DNA of 64,000 bases from Bacillota bacterium (lineage in GTDB: Bacteria; Bacillota; Clostridia; Acetivibrionales; JAEZXR01), in assembly GCA_023419605.1 (NCBI GenBank), contig JAEZXR010000020.1:4108-68107 (forward strand). Direction: 5' to 3'. A model generated the notes under the pieces. It searched no databases and was not told where the DNA came from. It saw only the letters and a program-made list of their open reading frames with translations. This document shows positions 57,801 to 62,404 of this stretch, piece after piece. A program made the position numbers and the translations under genes. Each line of letters opens with the position of its first letter. The stretch's first letter is position 1.

Positions 57801-57855
57801 TGCCCTTGAAGCCTATTGCTTGAAGGCAGGGATAAATATAGGCGGTGTGAAATGA
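45760..57855 (+). CDS. trans-AT polyketide synthase 3: KR-cMT-ACP, KS-DH-KR-ACP, KS-DH-KR
   Basis: 4,031 aa. ATG lies 3 nt after the upstream TAA, with GGGAGG inside the end of the upstream gene. KR GVYVVIGGAGNIG; cMT ILEIGAGTGGT; ACP YGLDSIM; KS9 (49069) NTGCSSS/EAHGTGT/YIGHTSAAAG; DH HPLLHQNTSDLS; KR GSYLITGGAGGLG; ACP YGIDSIL; KS10 (53563); DH HPLLHQNISGLS; KR GVYVVIGGAGGIG. Confidence 0.97.
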   Translation: MGDFIRNIFYELKNKRLSKAEALEWIRLHETGINMQAEAAAGTPAQPLVGSIRMVPVWDAVPAGQEKTFPDFTERIAIAGGSTDGRNAVKQYYPEAQVLDIQPGDSIEVIAGKIGIGGWLDHIIWTVPYKDIKSAEEGALIEEQNNGVLQVFRIMKALLRLGYSGRNLGWTVVTVQSQPIHKNDVVNPAHASIHGLMGSIAKEYPNWKVRLVDVEAKSDWPLSQIFALPTDSRGRAWVYRRKEWYRQQLIPMGEIQVAPTLYKTGGVYVVIGGAGNIGEVWSEYMIRTYQAQIVWLGRREPNEAISAKLERLGALGPAPRYIMADAADKRALGQAYKEIKQKYPHINGVVHSAMAFSEQSLEELEETEFRSVLSAKVDVSVHLAQVFNKEPLDFILFFSSIIAFIKNVKQGHYASGCTFKDAFAHMLSQERDCKVKVMNWGYWSNAEIEAFKHQEQPEPSYRRLAQIGIGLIEPPEAVEALEMLLSGPVNQIALMKTTKPLAVEGMNVEENLAIYPEILSSSIKNMKAHIPAYDIRIQTMKSNISPQRNEMYALLCKLLWVQLRAMGLFTENEFSIDSLKIKAGLNNLYDRWLEESIAVLERNDYIYRDGNSWVVRDTVPVDRDTVWGEWKEKKALWLENPDMKAHVILVESVLLALPEILTGKVPATDIMFPRSSMELVEGIYKNNAVSDYFNEVLADTAAAYIAERLKHEPDAQVRILEIGAGTGGTSAMVFRKLHSLRAHIEEYCYTDISKAFLLHAEKAFGPNNPYLTYKIFDIEQPAALQGIDAGGYDIVIAANVLHATKNIRRTLRNAKAALKSKGLLLLNEISGSALFTHLTFGLLEGWWLYEDASLRIPGCPGLSSEIWREVLEEEGCSCAFFPAGSAHEIFGQQIIAAESDGIVRQGKHLKPGVKSVNRSKAPRADVPQSTGRAQQWQIRKTQNTPLPATKRIQKNDSVTDSMVEEHVRRSIIEKLADSLKVETELIEVDEPFSEYGLDSIMGVNLVQVLNQALSIELQTTCLFEYSTVDQLTAYVLSQYKDIIASALRQDERQKLSEGYRVQGIEEVLTVNPAPKRFLRKRTAVKPCGGEIEDSRREFTEKDDIAVIGMAGQFPDAEDTDIFWQNLMKGHDAVHRLPARYLEDAWDMGSTKIPVKDYYKWGGILEGRDYFDPLFFNISPKEAESMNPHQRLILQESWKALEDAGYNPKKLSDSQVGVFIGAEPSRYFYESFTGSSDALVASRLSYYLDLKGPAFVVNTGCSSSAVAIHLACESLKNNESSIALAGGVFANLSPSGLMVLADIGMLSPTGKCNTFDESADGTVLSEGVGVVVLKKLTEAVAHGDHIYGVIKGSGLNQDGASNGITAPNGVAQEMLISSVYKRHNINPEDITYVEAHGTGTKLGDPIETNALIRAFKQFTHREGYCSIGSVKSYIGHTSAAAGVIGLIKILLSIRHNKIPGLINFTKLNPFIDLKGSAFYVSTGISEWKSKNQKPLTAALNSFGHSGTNVHIVVQEYIPAAPVAMPAQSVGNEGGDVLIPLSARNRERLRDYAQKLQRYLKKTAQRENGPIGIASGSLQEIAYTLQTGREAMEERVVFLVGSTPELIAKLGMFLEGKEELENYWCGQVKQGKNTIGLFASDEEMQEVVQKWIARGKLKKIAELWTQGFPLEWEQLYEGKKIKRIPLPVYPFAKERYWAAEAGTREGCINTQAAANLHPLLHQNTSDLSEQRFTSTFTGQEFFLSDHIVKGRRMLPGVAYLEMARAAVEQAAGVLADNKPIIQLKNIIWARPIVVADKPVRVHIGLYPEVNGEIAYEIYSEPQEADAEPTVHSQGTVLLNTPVKAPALDIIDIREQCSKSSATAGQCYEAFKGAGIEYGPGHRGIEEIYVGDGQVLAKLTLPADVSSTREQYILHPSIMDSALQAPIGLALGGSASDSGEAVLQPYLPFALQQLEIFGECTSAMWVHVRYSEGSKAGDKLQKLDMDLCDQHGNIRVRMKGFSSRALEEEAGFPDVPGNFMLEPSWREKPVVKGTAAAGYARRLVILCGLDREALKAMENIKTEMDGVHCITLQSERKGIAERFTDCAMGVFEEIQNILADKSKDRVLVQVLVLANNEQQLFAALSGLLKTAQLENPKLTGQLIEMAPEDMQEIVGKLRENSRCPGDSRIRYQKGKRHVVLWSEMKASLEESIPWKDNGSYLITGGAGGLGLIFAGEIARKVKNAALILTGRSPLGSEKLAILEEVRNLGARVQYKQVDVTQKQAVASLMRDIKEEHGTLNGIIHSAGVIRDSYLLRKTSEEVREVLAPKVAGLVNLDEASRELVTDFFILFSSASAVLGNPGQADYALANAFMDSYAEYRNSLVALEQRQGRTLSVNWPLWKAGGMQVDPETKSRMLQSLGMSAMQTSTGIQALYRSLASGRTQVMVMEGDLKRLKSILLGQPPESEIIKAEDATVDNQRVPLHGREVFREKAINYFKRLLSSVIKLPLGQIDADANMEKYGIDSILVMKLTSQLEKTFGSLSKTLFFEYQNIRALTDYFLEAHRDRLTVLMGGEEEAERAAPEGNNPKVLTELTKPMVISRKRPRFTVIRTVAEESKGEKALDIAVIGMSGRYPQAGNVEEFWKNLRDGKDCITEIPKERWDYSLYFDEDKNKFGKVCSKWGGFIDNVDRFDPLFFNISPREAEIMDPQERLFLQCVYETLEDAGYTRETIGGHPGSGAEGSVGVFVGVMYEEYQLYGLQEQLRGVPIAFPGNPSSIANRVSYFCNFHGPSMAVDTMCSSSLTSIHLACQSMQRGECELAVAGGVNISIHPNKYLMLGQGKFASSKGRCESFGQGGDGYVPGEGVGAVLLKPLSKAVADGDQIYGIIKGTAINHGGKTNGYTVPNPNAQAAVIEQAFKRAGIDPKTVSYIEAHGTGTSLGDPIEITGLSKAFQKYTQSRQFCVIGSAKSNIGHCESAAGIAGVTKVLLQMKYRQLVPSLHSKVLNPNIDFINTPFVVQQELTPWKRPVMEGVEIPRRAGISSFGAGGANAHVVIEEYIPENRERPSMIITARNPAIIVLSAKDEERLREQAQQLLAAVENGVYTDACLTDMAYTLQIGREAMEERLGLIVLSVRELQDKLRGFVEGRDSMEDMYRGQVKRNRETLAVLSLDEDMQRMLDAWVKKEKYEKLLDLWVKGLDFDWNCMYGASRPQKISLPTYPFAKERYWIPEIDTGFIAGNTPSAAIAYLHPLLHQNISGLSGLLFRSTFTGKEFFLTDHVVKGRKIMPGAACIEMARAALERVAGTFKEGIAGIRVRDVVWIRPIAVDEEPMNIHIGIYPEEEGSISYKIYSGDEAAATEAVVHSQGRGEFFTAAGVPALDIKALQAECSCEILLPDRCYTAFGGLGIDYGPAHRGIEKVYVGQEKVLAKLLLPSAVSDTLEDYVLHPSLMDAALQASIGLMTGSDKHRLMLPFALETLEVYGSCTREMWALIRYSEGSKAGNEVQKLDIDLCDPVGRLCVGMRGFSSRALEEDIQSVSVPGEISLDADVQTLVGSFMLVPAWDPVKVERVQDFPSSVDEVVIIGGTEAETTAVRQLYPKARVLELQSGDTEDEIAQKLKTCGFVDHIVWIAPHGDLKALADDALIENQEEGVFKVFRTLKALLGLGYGDRELGWTIITTQAQDVRKNDLTDPTHASLHGLTGSMAKEYPYWKIRLVDVEAGCEWPIADIFTIQANSQGDAFAYRGKEWYQQQMLPFHPLSEGQTLYRPEGVYVVIGGAGGIGEVWSEYMIRTYKAKIVWIGRRQMDTVIQAKLDRLAALGTAPVYIAADATSRESLQKAYETVKNMYSRINGVIHSAIVLQDQSLAKMDEERLRAGLSAKVDASVRMAQVFWKEELDFVMFFSSMQSFVKAPGQSNYASGCTFKDAFARRLSRDWNCAVRVMNWGYWGNVGIVASQAYQDRMAQAGLGSIEPPEAMEALEKLLAGTVDQIMFVKTTRPLEMKGIRPEEAITVYPEEHPLNIRNIQSRISIAAEATDALEAYCLKAGINIGGVK
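49069..53385 (+). other. PKS module 9: KS-DH-KR-ACP
   Basis: KS IAVIGMAGQFPDAED (49069). DH HPLL (50902). KR (about 52340). ACP Ser about 53262. Confidence 0.8.
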
Positions 57856-59270
57856 GAGAGGGGGCTTTGAAATGAAAGAAATGAACGAGTTGATCCACAG
57901 GCTTATGCGGGGACAACTGGAGTATATGGGAGTGCTTGCGGGAAAAGATGCTGAAATAGCCCGTAGCAAAACAAAGCTTCGACTGAACTCTTTATATGAA
58001 AGGTGGCTGGAAGAGAGCATACAAATGTTGAGACTGAGTAACCGGTCCAGCTCCGGAACGAATCCGGTAGATATGGATGCTACGTGGAGGGCCTGGGAGG
58101 AAAAAAAGGAAGCATGGCTTGGAGATTCGGACATGAAGGCCTATGTGGTTTTGATAGATGCTACACTCAAGGCCTTGCCGGAGATTCTTGCCGGAAAAAT
58201 ACCGGCTACTGATATCCTGTTCCCCGATTCCTCCATGAGGCTGGTGGAAGGAATATACAAAAATAATACAGTTTCCGACTACTTCAATGAAGTGCTTACA
58301 GAGACAATAACCGCCTATATGGAGGAACGCCTTGAACGGGAACCGACTGCCCGGATACGGATTATTGAAATCGGTGCAGGCACCGGGGGGACCAGTGCCG
58401 GGGTGTTCCGCAAACTGAAGCCTTATAGGGAACATATACAGGAATATTGCTATACGGATATATCAAAAGCGTTTTTGATCCATGCAGAGAAAGAGTACGG
58501 ACGCGAGAATCCATATCTGACGTATGAAATTTTTAATGTAGAAATGCCGGCTGCCGGACAAAAAGTAAGTATAGGCGGATATGATATTGCCATTGCAGCC
58601 AATGTACTGCATGCTACAAAAAATATACGGCAAACCTTACGGAATACAAAGGCGATTTTACGGAAAAACGGATTGGTCCTGTTAAATGAAATCAGTAGAA
58701 ATAACCTGTTTGCCCATCTGACCTTTGGGCTTTTGGAGGGATGGTGGCTGTATGAGGATCAAGAACTGCGCATTCCCGGCTGTCCGGGGCTATATCCTGA
58801 GACATGGAGGGTGGTGCTTGGAAGTGAAGGCTTCCATTCCATATTCTTTCCTGCTGAAAAGATGCATGACTTGGGGCAGCAGATTATCGTTGCCGGAAGC
58901 GATGGAGTTGTTCGTCAAAAGCAGGCCTTTAAGCCGGCTGTATTGCCTGTAAACCGGAGGACAGGTGCTAAGGTGCTGGAAAAGCGGCATCCTTCGCAAA
59001 AGCCTCCGAATGCAAAAGCAGGAGGAGCTTCTCAAGAACTGCTAAAGGAAAAGGCTGCAGCCTATATTAAAAAAACTGTTGGAGAAATACTCAGAATTCC
59101 CGTTGGCAGGATTGATTCCTCTATGCCTTTGGAAAAATACGGGTTGGATTCGATTTTAGTAATTCAATTGTTTAATGCATTCCGCAAAGTGCTTGATAAT
59201 GTCAGTAGTACCTTGCTTTTTGAGTATCCGACCATAGATGCCTTGGTAGAGCATTTCATAAAAACGCAAA
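53563..59270 (+). other. PKS module 10: KS-DH-KR | cMT-ACP, split at 57855/57872
   Basis: KS IAVIGMSGRYPQAGN (53563). DH HPLLHQNIS (55438). KR (about 57003). cMT (about 58361). ACP YGLDSIL (about 59150). Confidence 0.8.
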
Positions 59271-60463
59271 AGGATTCATTAAGCAAGCTGGTAGGATTCG
59301 AAGAACAGGTTGTGGAGGAAGTTGATGAAAGGCTGGAAGCGGAATACACAACGCCGGCTTTAAGAAAGACAGGATACTTCCTGCCACGTTCCTATAATGA
59401 AAAAACCGAAACAAGGGAACAGTCAAATCCGGTGGTTCAGGATGCCGCAATCACCGGCCTTTCAGGACGTTATCCCGAGGCAGCCAATGCCAATGATAAA
59501 CCGATGATGTCGGAACAGAAAAAATCCAATCCATCCGACATGGCTACCATGAATAAATTTCCTGAGCTTATCCACCTCAATCAATGTACGCAGGGACGGC
59601 CAATATTCTGGTTCCACGGTGGACTTGGAGGGGTAGAAATCTATAAGGTGATTGCTAAAAAAAGCCGGAGGCCCTTTTACGGGATTCAAGCCAGAGGCTG
59701 GATGACGAACCGTGCACCTATAAATGGGATTGAAGCGATGGCCTTGTATTATGTCCATATCATACAATCCATACAGCCGGAAGGACCGTATGATCTAGGC
59801 GGATATTCCCTGGGCGGGGTTTTGTCCTATGAAATTACACGCCAGCTGCAGGAAATGGGACAATGCGTTAATACCATTGTCATGCTGGATTCAATCTATA
59901 ATGACGAAATAAGAAAAATGAAAATTTCTCAAAAGGCTCTAATTCTTCAAGCAGTCAACATGGCGTTACTATCCACAATCCAGCAAGAGCCGGAGAAAAT
60001 AGCCCGAAAGCTCATTCACCGGGATGAATTAAATCCAGACCTGGAGGAAGAACAGTATTTGAACCAACTTGTCACGCTGGCCAGAAAGCGGGGCTTGACG
60101 AAGACCAAAGCGCAATTGCGTGAATTCATACAGCAATGTACAAAGGCGCAGCAAGCCTATGGGACAGGTGATTATTCCGTATTGCCCATGTCCGATCCCG
60201 GCGGGGTCACTTGCTACTATTTCCGTAACAGGAGCGGATTGCTGTATGGAGAACTGGAACCCTATTTTCTGACTGCCGAGGATAAAGCTGCAATAGTTTC
60301 TACCGATCATTGGAGAGTGTGGGAGAAAAATTTACCGAATTTTCATAGGACGGATGTGGAATCTTCCAATCACATGATGCTGCTATCCGAACCTAAGCCC
60401 TCAGAAACGATTTTTGCATTTTGCGAGGAATTATATGCAGAAGAAGGGAATGCCGGAATGTGA
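57872..60463 (+). CDS. trans-AT PKS terminal subunit: cMT, ACP, vestigial KS N-terminus, thioesterase
   Basis: 863 aa. RBS GAGAGGGGG. cMT IIEIGAGTGGT...NVLHATKNIRQTL; ACP YGLDSILV; stub DAAITGLSGRYPEAANAN; TE FWFHGGLGG...GYSLGG...SSNHMMLL. Confidence 0.95.
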   Translation: MKEMNELIHRLMRGQLEYMGVLAGKDAEIARSKTKLRLNSLYERWLEESIQMLRLSNRSSSGTNPVDMDATWRAWEEKKEAWLGDSDMKAYVVLIDATLKALPEILAGKIPATDILFPDSSMRLVEGIYKNNTVSDYFNEVLTETITAYMEERLEREPTARIRIIEIGAGTGGTSAGVFRKLKPYREHIQEYCYTDISKAFLIHAEKEYGRENPYLTYEIFNVEMPAAGQKVSIGGYDIAIAANVLHATKNIRQTLRNTKAILRKNGLVLLNEISRNNLFAHLTFGLLEGWWLYEDQELRIPGCPGLYPETWRVVLGSEGFHSIFFPAEKMHDLGQQIIVAGSDGVVRQKQAFKPAVLPVNRRTGAKVLEKRHPSQKPPNAKAGGASQELLKEKAAAYIKKTVGEILRIPVGRIDSSMPLEKYGLDSILVIQLFNAFRKVLDNVSSTLLFEYPTIDALVEHFIKTQKDSLSKLVGFEEQVVEEVDERLEAEYTTPALRKTGYFLPRSYNEKTETREQSNPVVQDAAITGLSGRYPEAANANDKPMMSEQKKSNPSDMATMNKFPELIHLNQCTQGRPIFWFHGGLGGVEIYKVIAKKSRRPFYGIQARGWMTNRAPINGIEAMALYYVHIIQSIQPEGPYDLGGYSLGGVLSYEITRQLQEMGQCVNTIVMLDSIYNDEIRKMKISQKALILQAVNMALLSTIQQEPEKIARKLIHRDELNPDLEEEQYLNQLVTLARKRGLTKTKAQLREFIQQCTKAQQAYGTGDYSVLPMSDPGGVTCYYFRNRSGLLYGELEPYFLTAEDKAAIVSTDHWRVWEKNLPNFHRTDVESSNHMMLLSEPKPSETIFAFCEELYAEEGNAGM
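59441..59494 (+). other. vestigial KS N-terminus (18 aa) between the last ACP and the TE
   Basis: DAAITGLSGRYPEAANAN aligns with RDIAIIGLSGRYPQAENVNEFW at the start of KS6 (35485). Similarity stops abruptly after ...AN.N. Confidence 0.7.
59561..60460 (+). other. thioesterase domain (chain release)
   Basis: PIFWFHGGLGG, GYSLGG (nucleophile elbow, nt about 59800-59820) and SSNHMMLL (catalytic His region). Confidence 0.85.
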
Positions 60464-60489
60464 GTGGGAAATCGGATCGATACGGTAAA

Positions 60490-60526
60490 CAAACAGGAGG
60501 CCGCTTTTTAAATGGTCTCTTGTTTG
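60490..60526. terminator. hairpin between the convergent PKS and AT genes (bidirectional terminator candidate)
   Basis: 13-bp stem CAAACAGGAGGCC/GGTCTCTTGTTTG (2 G-U pairs on the plus strand) with an 11-nt loop. It overlaps the AT stop codon. Confidence 0.4.
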
Positions 60527-61797
60527 TTAGCTCTCTTTTCACCGTTCCAGTTGAAGTCATCCTGTATCCCATTTTTATTCAAAATGTTTTGAAGCGTTTC
60601 AGTCTGAACATCAATAGGAAGTTTCTTCGTTGAAAAAATCAAAGCAAGCATCTGCAGTGCTTCCTTTACTTGTTCTTTTGACGGTTCGACAAATTCCTTT
60701 TCGATAAAACTTTGAATTTTCCGAATTTTCTCGTAAGGTTCTACTACACCTTTTAAATATTCTTCCTCGCAAGGGTTATAATTGGGAGCAGCGGCGGCGG
60801 CAGCGAGGCAGTCGGTGATTACTTTATTCTGCGTTTTCTCCGTATAACCGCTTCCTTCCAATAACCCTGCAAGTGCTTGCCTGCTTGTTTTCTGATCAAA
60901 GCATACGGTGGATATGTTCTTTGCATCAAGTTTCAGCAGGTCACTGAGTATACCCTGAGGACCCAGTTCGATAGTCATTGTAATGCCGAGTGCTTGAAAA
61001 TATTCTAAGGTCTTCGTCCATTGTACAGGGTACATCATTTGCCTGACAAGTAAATCCCCAATGTCCTTATGACTCGGATAGGGTTTTCCTGTGAAGTTGG
61101 ATATTACAGGATACCTGAAGCTGTTAAAATTGCATTTCTCCAATTCGGCTTTCAGCTTATCGGCGGCTGGTTTCATTAAAGCGCAATGAAAGGGTGCACT
61201 TCCTATTAATGGTGTGACCTGCCCTCCTAATTTCAATATCTTGTCTTCTACGGCCAATACAGTATCCAGATGGCCTGAAACGGCAACCTGCTTTGACGAG
61301 GTATAACACGAAACCGTTGCTGTTTTTTCCTCGGTGGAACTTTCTTTGCACGTATTCTCCACTGTAGATGCATCAATCCCATCTATGATTGTCATACAGG
61401 AGTCTCCGGCATCCGCAATTTCATGGGCAAGCAGACTCCGTAACCGCACAATCCTGAGAGCATCTGCAAATCTGAAGGCACCGCTGCAGGCCAGGGCGGA
61501 GTATTCTCCAAGGCTGTGACCGGCACAAACCTGAGGCCGTATTCCATATTCATTCATAAATATCCTGAATGCTGCAACACTTGACGTGAAAATAGCCGGA
61601 AGGGCATTTTGAGTCATTGACAGTTCACCCAGGCTTCCTTCAAAGCAAAGATTTTTCAAATTGAATCCCAAAACATCATTTGCTTCCTCAAAAGTTTGCC
61701 GTGCTGCAGGAAATTGATCGTAAAAAGCCTTTGACATTCCTACATACTGAGAACCTTGTCCGGGAAATATAAATGCAATTTTTTGTGGAGTAGACAT
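60508..61797 (-). CDS. discrete (trans-acting) malonyl-CoA:ACP acyltransferase, FabD-like with a C-terminal extension of about 120 aa
   Basis: 429 aa. FIFPGQGSQYVGM, GHSLGEYSALA (active-site Ser) and SAPFHCALM (xAFH-type, malonyl-like). RBS AAAGGAAGAG. The only AT in the window. Confidence 0.9.
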   Translation of the reverse strand: MSTPQKIAFIFPGQGSQYVGMSKAFYDQFPAARQTFEEANDVLGFNLKNLCFEGSLGELSMTQNALPAIFTSSVAAFRIFMNEYGIRPQVCAGHSLGEYSALACSGAFRFADALRIVRLRSLLAHEIADAGDSCMTIIDGIDASTVENTCKESSTEEKTATVSCYTSSKQVAVSGHLDTVLAVEDKILKLGGQVTPLIGSAPFHCALMKPAADKLKAELEKCNFNSFRYPVISNFTGKPYPSHKDIGDLLVRQMMYPVQWTKTLEYFQALGITMTIELGPQGILSDLLKLDAKNISTVCFDQKTSRQALAGLLEGSGYTEKTQNKVITDCLAAAAAAPNYNPCEEEYLKGVVEPYEKIRKIQSFIEKEFVEPSKEQVKEALQMLALIFSTKKLPIDVQTETLQNILNKNGIQDDFNWNGEKRANKQETI

Positions 61798-62404
61798 TTA
61801 TATATCTCTTCCTTTCGCTATAAATATTCTTATCAATAACAAGAGAGACTTACTTTTCAGTATTACCTTAAGGAACTTTAATTTGGTAGTATGTAACTTT
61901 CAAAATCATATACAAACTAATTTTACCATTTATTTCAACACATCTCAATAGATTCTGTATCTTTCCCCCATTATTGGAAGAAATGAGTGATCTCCGCTTT
62001 TAGCAAAGTGCATTTCATCCACCGCCTGTTATTTTCGCCTGGAACTTCAATTTACCGGTTGCCTATTAAACAGACACACGCTCCCTTGTGGCTTAGGATT
62101 TACTGACATGCGTACATATCCACCTTCCGGGTTTGCCGCTTTCAAAAAGCCGGATTTCCCGGGTAACAACAAGCAATGTGGTTTTACAAGGGAATATTTA
62201 CTATTTCCCAGATATATTTATTGTATATATTTGGATGTCGGTGTATAATTATGGAAAACTACAGATGGTTACCCCGTAAAGAAGATAGCAATAGAGATTG
62301 CAATAAAATGTAAAGGTGACGAAGCAAAAAACATTTTCCTTCTGTAGTATATGAAATCCACTGAATAATAAGGGCCACCGAGAAGTATTTGAGGGGGAAG
62401 CAGT

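Noticed and set aside
9692-60463. Periodic nucleotide repeats inside the PKS that might be CRISPR-like or satellite arrays.
   Set aside because: The periodicity is at the kilobase scale and corresponds to duplicated protein domains in a continuous reading frame. I saw no short direct repeats with unique spacers anywhere in the window.
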